A model generated the notes under the pieces. That model was not told the DNA's origin and did no database searches. It saw only the letters and a list, made by a program, of their open reading frames with translations. Of a stretch of DNA of 64,000 nucleotides, positions 39,373 through 50,810 are shown in pieces. The number at the start of each line of letters is the position of its first letter. Position 1 is the first letter of the stretch. Both the position numbers and the translations under genes were made by a program. The stretch comes from Phyllobates terribilis (Eukaryota), in contig NW_027362761.1 of the NCBI RefSeq assembly GCF_046119375.1, positions 1,154,192,001 through 1,154,256,000 on the forward strand, given 5' to 3'.

Positions 39373-39600
39373 CAGTACAGACCAAAAGTTTGGACACATC
39401 TTCTCATTTAAAGATTTTTCTGTATTTTCATGACTATGAAAATTGTACATTCACACTGAAGGCATCAAAACTATGAATTAACACATGTGGAATTATATAC
39501 TTAACAAAAAAGTGTGAAACAACTGAAAATATGTCTTATATTCTAGGTTCTTCAAAGTAGCCACCTTTTGCTTTGATGACTGCTTTGCACGCTCTTGGCA
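39373..39600 (+). mobile_element. Tc1-like terminal fragment
   Basis: TA|CAGTACAGACCAAAAGTTTGGACACA start typical of Tc1 TIRs; no partner end found. Confidence 0.6.
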
Positions 39601-42600
39601 AAGGGACCTGCAAGCAGCGGATGTTGATGATTTTCCCAAGTGCATTCAGCGTGGCAGAACATTCCTTAGATCACCATTATTGACCTCATTGATAGCAGCC
39701 AAGGCTGTTAGTGCGGGATATCTGCACTTTGCGTTCATTCTCAAAACTGAATGAATCAAGACATTTTTCAAATTTTGTTTTCTTTTTTTCATCATTTGCA
39801 TATCATTAACATTCCATTTCCTGCAATTTTCATAATGCTACAAGTTTTCCTTCTTGGTGTTGCAATTTCAATGGTGTTGGTGTTGCAATTTTTAAAAGGT
39901 TGTGTTGTTAGGATTTTGCTTATTTTCACACACAGAAATGGCTTTCCAGTCAAATAAAACAATGTCTGTATTGGCATGGAAAGTATGTTTTGGAACTTGA
40001 GACTATATTCAGTTTTCTTTACCATTTTTGCCCCACAAATGTATTCAATTAAATGTCTCATGCATGGAATTAAGTTCATTAATTAGTAAGTCTTCGAAAA
40101 CAAATAAATGTTGTAGTTATTTATTTTTCAGTTAAAGCCTTCACTGGGGCAGTCATTTTTCAGACACATATTTCCTTCCTGTATTGACTGTGTAGGCTGT
40201 ACAGCTAACTGAGTGTGCTTAAAGGGAACCCGTCATGTACTTTGTACTATCTAAACTGCACCATTGCGTTGTTAGTGATGCAATGTGCATCACTAACATA
40301 TTTTTTTATCAAAATTGGTTGTCTAATCATGCGTAAAAACCACTTTATATAGTTTTATCATACCTGCTCATTTAGTCATAGGGGTGTGATTCACCGCATT
40401 TAGTCAAGGTTGTCACCGCCCATGCCTTTCGAATTCTGTTCCTAGACTTGCGCTGACGTCAATAGTATCAGAGTTTAAATCCCGCGCTTGCGCAATGTAT
40501 CAAGGCCAGCTGCGCATGCGCAGTGTGTATTGGACAGCCGCGCTTGCGCATTGTCGATCTGGGAGCCGCGCATGCACCGTGACGAGCAGCTGAGACAAGT
40601 TTGTTATCAGGAACATGATAAAGCAGAGTAGACAGTATGAACAGCATCAGTATAAGCTAAGGAGAGTTCATTACCAGGCACCTCATTGCAGCCAAGTTGT
40701 AGGTGTGAATGGCACCAGTATTAGAGGACTGAGCTTGATAGTAGTTGCTGATTGCAGGGTAGGAAATTGTCAGGAATTCCAACACACACAGAGGGACGAC
40801 ACCGGGGAGATCACGCAATATCTCACCGTGCTGTCACGCTGTCCGTATTTTGTCCGGAGTCCCGAGTACGCGATCCAGACTACTCGCTACGTGGATATCG
40901 GCAAGCGACCAGTGAGCGTATGGCGCCACACCTTGGGGATTCCATGTTTAACACCCTCCGTACAGTCACTGTCAGCTTCACGATAGCCCAATTATTAATA
41001 CTGTCTGCCACCATCGACCGAGTTTGAAATATAATACAGGCCTGGCCGGACGCCTGCGTTTTGGTAGCGTATATGGCTTCGGGGAAGGGAACGATTACAG
41101 AACAAAAGAAACAGAACTATTAAATTTTATATTTAATCCAAAAGGGAGGCAGTGTTTAGGAAAAATGTACACAAGGATGTTACAAAGCAGACATTAAAAT
41201 ACATAGGCAGTTACATAAAATAAACAGGGTAAAAAGAAGACAACTTACACTATACGATCACGGAGACGATTCAATATAGGTGGAGGAGAGGCTCCCTAGT
41301 TGGATTATGCTGTTATTGAACAGGACCCGTTGCTTATAATTCTTATTCCCCCCTGGCAATGAGTGCTCCTGTCTTCTCCATGGATTCTCTTATACCTAAG
41401 GGGAGATCTGGCCACACGCCCCTTGTGGTGACATCATGTGGGGCGGTCTCCAGCCTGTACATTTTTATTAAAAACGCTAACTTCTGCGATAACTCATTGC
41501 TCGTTGATCGCAGAAGCTTGCAAACTACGCCATTTTTTCCATTATGATTTTATCTTTATTTAGAGACCACACATCACATAGCTGCAGTCTGCTATTCTGG
41601 TGTTTTTGTGCTACAGCTCCCTGATTTTGGTTACAGCCCTGGAAAACAACCTATACATTCCTGGGCTGATTTTGTCACTACACATATGGGTCCCTTACTG
41701 TTGGGCGTATGGAACTCATAATATTTCATAGTTCATATCGGATTCAGTTTATCTGCAAATTTCCCTTTGAGGCTCGGAAAGCAGCCTCACGGGTACACAC
41801 AAATTAGAGCAAGCCTGCGTTTTAATTACCTCCTTATCTTTCAGAGACAGGATGCTTGCTTCCTAACAAAGTTATAACACTCCTTGGCTGGCCTTGTTTG
41901 CATAAACTATTTCCCAGGCGTGTGCTAATTGGGGCTTTTTTGCTGAGGAAAATGGGACAGCTCGGTGCAGACAAGTGGTGATAATTTGCAGTAAGACACT
42001 GTATAATTGTCATCTCTGGACAAACACTACAGCAGAGGGCATGGTAGAAGGGGCTAATATTCTGTTAATATGTCCCTGACATTAATATTTTCCTGACAGA
42101 AATAATCATACACTTGGCTGGAGCAGAGTCAAGTTTACGCTACATGCGTGACTAATGGAAAACACATAGAGACAGAGTGTATTACTACCTCAATACTCAG
42201 GCATTACATAGCTGCCTGAGGAAGCCTTAAAAGGCCTTTGATGATTATATCTAAGGTGATTACAGGGTTACCACATTAACTCAGGGTGAACTAGCACAGA
42301 GGGCGTTGGCCATAGTAGAAGGAAACAAAGCCTGGCACAGGAGCTGGGACAGGTGATTTACATACAGTAAGTTTGTCTCCAAAATCATGTTTAAATCTTG
42401 GCCAAATAAAGGATCAACTGGTCTTCTGGTGGTCTTCTCTAACCCTATTCCTATTATTGGAGTACTATGTCCACTTAAAGTACCACCTGAAATATCATAG
42501 CTAGATCTCAGAAATTGTGCATATTATACAGTAAGTTCAAGATTTACAGTGAGAACTAAATAAAAGGATAAGTCAGTCTATGTAGTCATGGATTTGCTGT

Positions 42601-42859
42601 AGTCTCTGTGCTACCATATTGTGATGATGGATGAGATAATTCTCAATTGAAGCAATAGTTTTACAGTAGGATAGCCCCATTATATAACACACTACATTTT
42701 TTAGATTCCTATGAAATACATGAGAAAAAAAACATCTGTGGCTTCATGTAAAAGCATCCAGCGGTATTGCATGGTCTTATAGTATAGTATGTGCCAAAGA
42801 CAATGGGAAAACAAAATAAGGCACTATTTTATGGATATTTGGCTCACTGATGATATAAC

Positions 42860-43139
42860 TAGTGATTAGCGAGTATGTTCGGTTAACCCTTTCGGCGCGT
42901 ATGCTCAGGCGAGTGCCGAGTATCTTCAGCGTACTCGGTGATATGTTTGAATCACTCCCGTGTGCATGATTTGCAACTGTTTGACAGTTTTAATACATGT
43001 GAGGAATGCTTAAGAAAAAAGCGTATCATGCACACGGGAGTGATTCAAACATATCACCAAGTACCCTGAAGAAAGATACTCGGTACTGATCCGAGCATAC
43101 TCGCCGAAATGGTTAACCGAACATACTCGCTGATCACTA
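42860..43139. mobile_element. 280-bp hAT MITE
   Basis: TAGTGATTAGCGAGTATG / CATACTCGCTGATCACTA; perfect TSD GATATAAC. Confidence 0.9.
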
Positions 43140-44730
43140 GATATAACTCGTTTTTCAGTTCAAGATTTACAACAATTTAATTTTTGGCAGAAGTAAACAT
43201 CATGTATCAGTCTTTTAAGGGCATCCTTCCCCCAACCTCCACACACACACAATAGATCGCTCTCAGCCAACAGCCTTAGCTTATTCAACCATCAACTACC
43301 TCTCTTGTCTCCATATTGCCAGGAGAGCTTGGCAAATCCAACCACTCCTGTCATCTCTTTGGCCGACCATACACATTAGATGACTTTTGGTCAAATGATG
43401 CTTCGGTTGATTGTTTGGCAGACAGCCGTCTCAGCCTACTTTCCCATTCAAAGGAGTGTTCATTCAGCCGAGTGTTCCTGTGCTCTCCATGAGAAAGCTG
43501 TCAACTGATACAGTGGTCGAACAATGTGATCGTCAGTCCGAAATCGAACATGCCTGATCAACATGTATGCTGAATATCATTTGGCCAGTGTTCCAATGCA
43601 CAATAGACCATCGGCTGAACCCATCGATATCGGCCGATATTATTATAATGTGCATGGGGTCCTTATGAGTGATCCACTGCCAGACACCTCTGATGGCAGC
43701 TTATCTACCAAAAAACAAAAGAATTACCAGTTCGCAATTTGACATGCCACATCATCTGTTGACAAACAGTCAGGATGACACCATATCCATTAGACTGTCT
43801 GCTTGAGTCTATTCAGCAATTTTTGCCAATGCTCGTATTTAGAGATCTTTTATTAACTCACTTTCTATAGTGTGTATACTTTATACCGTTTTTTAGCTTT
43901 CACACAATTATATCTAAAGACAAGGAATGTAATATTCTTACATAAGAAGCACATAAAATAATATAGGCTCCTTATGTAATACAATATAAACCTCTCATCT
44001 TCGGGATATTCATTTTGTGAAAGACATTTGAAAATCTTATATATTTACAGTGTGTTCACTATTAATGACCACGTCAGAGAATGTATTATCTGAAAACAAA
44101 CAGACTTGTTACAATTTTGTCTTTAAATCAGTGTGCATTGTATAGAAACAGTATCTAAAAGGTGTGATAAATTACATAGGACACATGGAATACACCTGTG
44201 ATTAATGAGGCATTATACTATTGTTGCATGAGAAGTGGAACCACTGTGAAGGGAGATAACCCAGTAAAATTATTGCCTGGTGCAATGCAATTAACTTTCC
44301 TCTTCCTTCTCAAGTGATAGGTGATTATGAAGAACCGTCCCATTGTGCTCCAAATAATAACTATGAATGAGATAATGCAAAACACATTTCTGCCAAAAGG
44401 AAGCTTCACCTCTTGCGATGGGGAACAATACCGCCTGCGTACAGTAATTTGGAGCATGGCTCCTTTACGATACACAGGAGAGTCTTTCTGCTGCCCAAGG
44501 AAAAAATACAGAAACATAAGACTTAAAGAAAAGCCTTTCTGCTCGTAGACCAGTGATTTATGAGGTTCTACATGGGCTTGAGTAGAGCAGGTTAATTGCT
44601 TTCTTGGTTTTATTGGGTTGCCTTTATTGTTACTAATATTAATAAAGGATTTGGATCGGACTAGTAATTGGGGTCATTGAGCATCCTATGTAGAATGCAT
44701 TTGCATTTATGAGTTTCTGTGAGGCACTTT

Positions 44731-45480
44731 TTAATAAATGAGTATAAATTTTTGCAGTAAGAAAATCTTATCTATGGGGGTGGAGTGGGTATAGGGATAG
44801 GGACACATCCACGTTGGGGTATCTGGGTCCATGAAATATGAGGCTCCTCCTAGTCTGTGGCAGGCGCTGACATATTGCACTGCTATGGCGGCTGCATTTT
44901 CCTCTTCCCGCAGTAATATAGTCAGTTTGTCTTCCTCCTCGATGGTGTTGGAGTCTGGGAGGAGATCGGACAGTCTCATGAAGTGAGTGTCTCTCACTGT
45001 GGAGTATTTGGGGCACCTCAGCAAGAAGTGGGTCTCATCCAGCACAGCCTTCTGGGGACACTGCTGGCGGAGTCTGCTCTCTCGGGGTATGTAGTTCTGT
45101 CGGTGCCGCCCGGATTCGATGAGTAGACTGTTGGCGCTCAGTCTGTACCAGCTCAGGATTTGTCGCTCTTTGGAGTTTGCGAGTTTCTCTAGATATGGGG
45201 CCAGTTTGTATTCCCTCTGTAGGTTCTGGTATACCGTCAGTTTCTGTGATTTGTTAATGTCATTCCTTCAGATGCTGAGATACTCCTCTCTGCCTTAGTG
45301 AACCATCTTCCGATCTGGCCTTTTGTAAGGCCATGCAGGTTTGTGGCTTGGTCAGACTGGTTTGGGGTAATTTGTGTTGGGGGGCTTCCTTCTCCTGGGG
45401 CTTCCTGGTGTAGCAAGAGTTTGTGATGGTAAGAGCTGGGACTACTACTTTGTAGATGAGCCTTGAATGATAGCGCCATC
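44731..45480 (-). mobile_element. Non-LTR retrotransposon C-terminal fragment (RTEX/Crack-like zinc-knuckle end); clade uncertain
   Basis: YRLSANSLLIESGRHRQNYIPRESRLRQQCPQKAVLDETHFLLRCPKYSTVR. Confidence 0.7.
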
Positions 45481-46467
45481 TTCTGCATTATATGAAAAAC
45501 AAAGAAAAAGAGGTATACTATACCAGCAGTGATCACCCGAGAAATAAATAATATAAAGAATGTATATAAATTTTATTAAATATTCAACAATACAATAGCA
45601 ACTCCAAAAAAAAAACATGAAAACATAAGTTAAAGCTTAGTTACAAAAAAAAACACACTGAAGGAGAAACCACCCACTATACAAATCCTCCAATACAATA
45701 CAAGTAATATATATGAACATTGCTGATAAACAGATGTCTCTGATGATCAATACCCGACATGAATCATAGACCAATATCATAAGGTCAAAAAATACACTGA
45801 TGTGCATAAATGAACACTATGGCCTATGGAGCTCCCATCAAGTGGTTATCTGTCAGGATAGCCACCCGAGGAAAAACAAAATATGAATAATGGCCAATGA
45901 GACTGTAGTGATAGAGAAAAAATATGACAATACACTAAGTTGGGACTATCAATCCAAACCTAAGACCTAAGGAAAGACCACTGCATAAAATGCATCAGAG
46001 AATGCCCCCAGCATGTCAAAGAAGGGCAAGCCCCATATCATAAGTAATTAACCTAAACTTAAGTTATGAACAGAAGGAAGATAATCTCGGTATGTCATAG
46101 GAAAGTAAACCTAATGTCATCCCAGCATCAAACCTGGACATAGTATATAGAAACATATAGGTGCCCATGTACAAAGCCGGGTATTAAAAATAGAATGGGT
46201 GGGCTTTCAGTGCCCAATGTGTGTCACCACACGCGGTGGCTTCATCAGGGCTTTTTCTTTGTTTTTCATATACTGCTAATTTGGTATACTGCATGTAGAT
46301 CCTCAGAATAGGATGGTGCCCTCCATTTGTGAGTGTTTCAGCCTTCTTCTGGATTGCAAGGTGTAGCGGTAGTCTGCCCAGCTCTGCTATGCAGGTGCTG
46401 TTTGATGTGCTCCTATAGACTTGGGGAAGGTGTTTGCAGAACTCTAGGTGCTATCTCTCTATCTATC

Positions 46468-46656
46468 TATCCGAAAAAATTGGAGGCAGCACTCAAGCAT
46501 AAAGTGAAAAATCGTTTTTTTAATAGCCCATGTGGCTGTGGCGAGGTTTCGGTCCCAAACTGGCGACCTTTCTCAAACATCGCCACAGCCACATGGGTTA
46601 TTAAAACAACGATTTTTCACTTTATGCTTGAGTGCTGCCTCCAATTTTTTCGGATA
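46468..46656. repeat. 189-bp near-perfect palindrome with a hammerhead-like core in its loop
   Basis: Arms TATCCGAAAAAATTGGAGGCAGCACTC... and inverse; loop on minus strand reads TTGAGAAA-GGTC...GACC-GAAAC. Confidence 0.75.
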
Positions 46657-46716
46657 TTATGAGGTTTGGTATATTCCTGGGGGGGCCATGTGCAACTGAA
46701 TATATATTTTGTGCTA

Positions 46717-46873
46717 NNNNNNNNNNNNNNNNNNNNNNNNNNNNNNNNNNNNNNNNNNNNNNNNNNNNNNNNNNNNNNNNNNNNNNNNNNNNNNNNNNNN
46801 NNNNNNNNNNNNNNNNNNNNNNNNNNNNNNNNNNNNNNNNNNNNNNNNNNNNNNNNNNNNNNNNNNNNNNNNN
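46717..46873. other. Assembly gap (157 N)
   Basis: Run of N. Confidence 1.
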
Positions 46874-47561
46874 TCCATCTATCTATCTTTGCAACAATGC
46901 AATGTGACTTTTTACTTGAGAGATCTATTCTCTGAGGAAACACCCTTGCATCTCTTCTGGCAGTGTTTGTTTGCCCAAGCCCTAACTGATGTCATGAAAA
47001 ATAAAGGCGTTTTCCAAGCATAAAATATTGATGTTTTATTCTTAGGGCAGGTCATCAAAATCTGGTGGAACTGGATGTAAGCATTGATCGTAGCTGCACT
47101 TTGCAGCTCTGTTCAATGTGTAGCAGCCACTTCTAGGTACTAAGTATCTGCTCCTTTTGAATAGAATTTAATGTGCAGTTCTCGGCAGCAGCTACTACTG
47201 TGCAGGGCAGCTCCATTCAATGTTTGCATCCGGTGCCACCGGAGCTTATCACAGCTGATTGGTGCGGAGCCAGGTGTCAGATGCCTACTGATCTAATATG
47301 TCAAGACCTATCCAAAAAAGTACATCATCAATATCCCATATCTGGAGAACCCCTTTTACTCAGACACCTAGCAGCCTAGCATAACAGGTGATACTTCATG
47401 GTCTTTTTCTTGGTTTTATATGGTTGAGGTATTCTAGGAAACCTGTCCACTTATGAATTTTTTTAAAGACTCTGTGGCTTGCCAGAAAAGAACCAGTCAT
47501 GAACTGGAAGAGGAATCATCTAGGACTTTTGTTGGACTTGGAAAGGCAAAAATATTGTTAC

Positions 47562-49089
47562 TAGTGATGAGCGAGCATGCTTGTTTAACCCTTTCACCGA
47601 GTACGCTCGGATGCTTACCAAGTAGCTTCGGCATGCTCGTATATTATGCTGGAGTCCCTGCGTCTGCATGATTTACAGCTGTTGGACAGCCTCAACACAT
47701 GCAGGGATTGCCTGTTTGTTAGGGAATCCTCACATATGTTGAGGCTGTCTTACAGCAATAAATCATGCAGACGCAGGGACTTGAACATAATATACAAGCA
47801 CGCCAGTGAAAGGGTTAAACGAGTGACTCGCCCCCTGGGCCGTGGGGCACTCGAGACCGGACTTCAGGGCAATGCTGGGAGTAGTAGTGGCGACCCGGTC
47901 CCGTGGCTCAGGGTGGTCAGACCAGTGGTAGTCTGTGATGAGCTGTAGGTAATGTCCGACTACGCCACCCGTGGATTGCGGCTATTATGAACCGCCGCTG
48001 CAAGGCAGTCCACTGAGGCTGATGGTGTGTGCAGCTGAGGTAGTGTAACTCCCCACGGGAAGAGTGCAGCCCCAGGGCAGTGTAGAGGATGGTGGGGTTG
48101 ATGGTGCAGAGAGTCCCAGTGCCGTTAGTGCTGGAGGAGCAAGGAGTACACAGACAACGTACTGCAGTCCAATGGCTTTTACTCACAGTTCATATGCTCC
48201 GGGTCACTTCAGCGCAAGCAGTGACCACCCAAGCCGTGCGGTGTCCACCAGGTGAGGGACTCGGTCAATCCCCAGGCACTTCAGGAGTATGGTTCAGAGC
48301 TCCTTCCTATCCTTCCTTCGGCTCATGCCCCGCCAGTGACCAAGCTTTTGTCCAGCTCCCGCAGGTCTATGCGCGCAAACGTGGGCCCCGTTTCCCGCTG
48401 CCCTATATGGTATGCCTTCCTAGCAAGGTTTAGCAAGGGGTCGCACCAAGTGATGGTCGCGACTTCCGGTTCTTGGCTGAAGATTATTAGCTTCCACCAA
48501 ATTGGGATCCGGTACCCTCTTCTTGCCTGACCCTTCCACCTTCTTGTTCCTGAGCCCTTCTGTTTCTTGGCCACTTCTTTCCCTTCTCCTGTTCCTTCTC
48601 TTCTCCTCCGTTCCTTCTCCTCCCAGGCCCCGGCCTTTTCTCTAGGCCTGCCTCTGAGCAGAGCTCCTACAGAGCCTCTGCTCCCTGTCTTCTCTTCTCT
48701 CTGTACTTCCCTGACAGAACTGGCCCTGATCTAAGATGGTGCCCACCTTTTATACCTCCCTCTAGAACATGAGCCCAGGTGACCAGCAACCAATGGGCTC
48801 CTACCTACGCTCAGGAACCGTCCCCTTCTGCTCCTACATCACCGGGTTTTCCTCCCCCCTCCCCACTCCAGCCAGGGACAGATTCTGTAGTGCCTGCATT
48901 ACTGTCTAATGGGAGGACCGTTGAGCTGTCCCTCGGAAATGGGGTGTGTGTGATGCATGCAGCTAACTGAGCCCTGGTCCATACTCCATCCTTACCCCGG
49001 AGTGGAATATCACACCTCTGGCAGAGGTGCAATACCTCTGCAGCGACCGAGCCCTCGGGGCGCTACACGAGCACGCTCGCTCATCACTA
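47562..49089. mobile_element. hAT MITE interrupted by a solo LTR
   Basis: TAGTGATGAGCGAGC / GCTCGCTCATCACTA; perfect TSD ATTGTTAC. Confidence 0.9.
47824..49067 (-). mobile_element. Solo LTR of the CSD-element family (1244 bp)
   Basis: Minus strand TGTAGCGCCCCGAGG...GGGGGCGAGTCA; perfect TSD CGAG. Confidence 0.9.
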
Positions 49090-50129
49090 ATTGTTACCCC
49101 TCTTCCATTCCCCTCTTTTCTATCTGTGTCTGTGTTTCAGTAAAGCCGTGATTCATTGTCACTTATCCCTTTTTACACTTCGTGTTTTGCAAGAAACTTT
49201 CCAGGCTCCAAAAAAAACTTAACATAGATCTTTTCCTGAAAAAAAAAATATCTACATTCATTTGTTTTTCCAAAGGTGGGTGATTAAATTGTGTTTCCTT
49301 AAAATAGGCAACACTTTCCTTTTACTTAGTTTCTTTTCCAGTGAATAATTCACATAACAAAGATATTTCTCTAAATATTAAACGCTTAACAAAGAAATTT
49401 AATGAATCCCAAACTGCGATTAGTCTTGTAGAATGACAAAGTCAATAAATGATAAGAGTTGAATTTTTAGTTTGATTATTTATTCTAGGCAACCAATTAA
49501 AATTAAAGTATAGTAGTGCCTTGCCCACAGCTTTTTTTTCCTAATAATCCATGGAAATAATAGCCAACGTTTCTGAGGGCCCTCCTGAGATTTTAACCTA
49601 TCTAAACCATTACACAATTAAAGTTCCCCGAAATCATAAGAGGGCAATTTCCCTTTTCAATTACCAATTTTAATGAGTTATATACACAAAGGCAAGCAAG
49701 CAATGCAGACTCTTCAATATCTCTCATGTTATCTAATTTATTCAAAATTAACAGTGCAGAAACATTTTTCTGGATCAATACACTGCCCCCCCTTGTGAAT
49801 AGAAGAATGGTAAGAGTAATACTCCTATCCTATCCATTTTTTTAAATAATATAATTTGTCTTTAGCAAGATGAGTTTTCTACACACACACAATTCCTTAG
49901 AGATGTTGGGTGACTAAATCAAACAGATCTCTAGACTTTCATCTCCCATATCTTCAATATTCCAAGTTAACACATTTATTTTCATACTTGGTCATTTTTT
50001 AGAAAATACTACAAAAAAAAAATGAAACTTTTTCTTGTCCAGCCATTTCGTGGACTCCACATAAGTGAAGTAGGAAACAACATGAATGAAGTAACACCCC
50101 CAATATCCTTATTAGTAAAGTCCAACTTG

Positions 50130-50510
50130 AAGTATTTCTGAAGTGTAAAGGAAATGATACAAGGTTTTATAAATATTTTAAAAATATAAATCTGAAAATT
50201 TTGCATGCATTTGTATTCAGCCCCCCCATAGTCAATATTTTGTAGGACCACCTTTCGCTGCAATTACTGCCGCTAGTCTTTTGAGGTATGTTTCTACCAG
50301 CTTTACTTATCTAGAGGCTGAAATTTTTGCCCATTCTAGACTAAAGGGGGCTGAATGCAAAATGCACATCACAATTTTCAGATTTATATTTTTAAAATAA
50401 TTAGAAAATCATGTATCATTTCCTTTACACTTGACAAATACTTGCTACTTTCTGTTGGTATAGCGCATAAAATCCCAATAAAATGCATTTAAGTTTGTGG
50501 TAATGCTTCA
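50130..50510. mobile_element. Internally deleted Tc1-like remnant (inner TIR halves facing each other)
   Basis: ~50131-50230 is inverted at ~50345-50435 (ATTCAGCCCCC / GGGGGCTGAAT). Confidence 0.55.
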
Positions 50511-50810
50511 GTGGGCTTATCATAAAATAGAACCTAAACTGTGCAAGATGATTTCTCCACAAAGGAGACAAGGAACTACACAATAACAACTACATTTTTT
50601 TTTATTATTATTATTATTATTATCTTTATTATTATTTTAACATGCCAAAACTGGTGAAATGTCCTTAATAAAGACTTAAGAATTTAATAGGCAAGTGATG
50701 AAAAATTAACAATTCAGTATTATATCAGCCTACGTACACTATAAAAAAAAAAACTGAAATTTATCAAATGCATTTACAAAATTAAACTATAATAAATCTT
50801 TATAGAGACA

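Noticed and set aside
40600-41500. Possible LTR-like insertions here and at 34930-35720 and 38616-39337
   Set aside because: LTR-like composition, but termini and TSDs could not be established
44321-44548. Short ORF or exon candidates near 44.3-44.5 kb, 42.3 kb and 60.5 kb
   Set aside because: No recognisable protein similarity and no consistent exon chain on either strand
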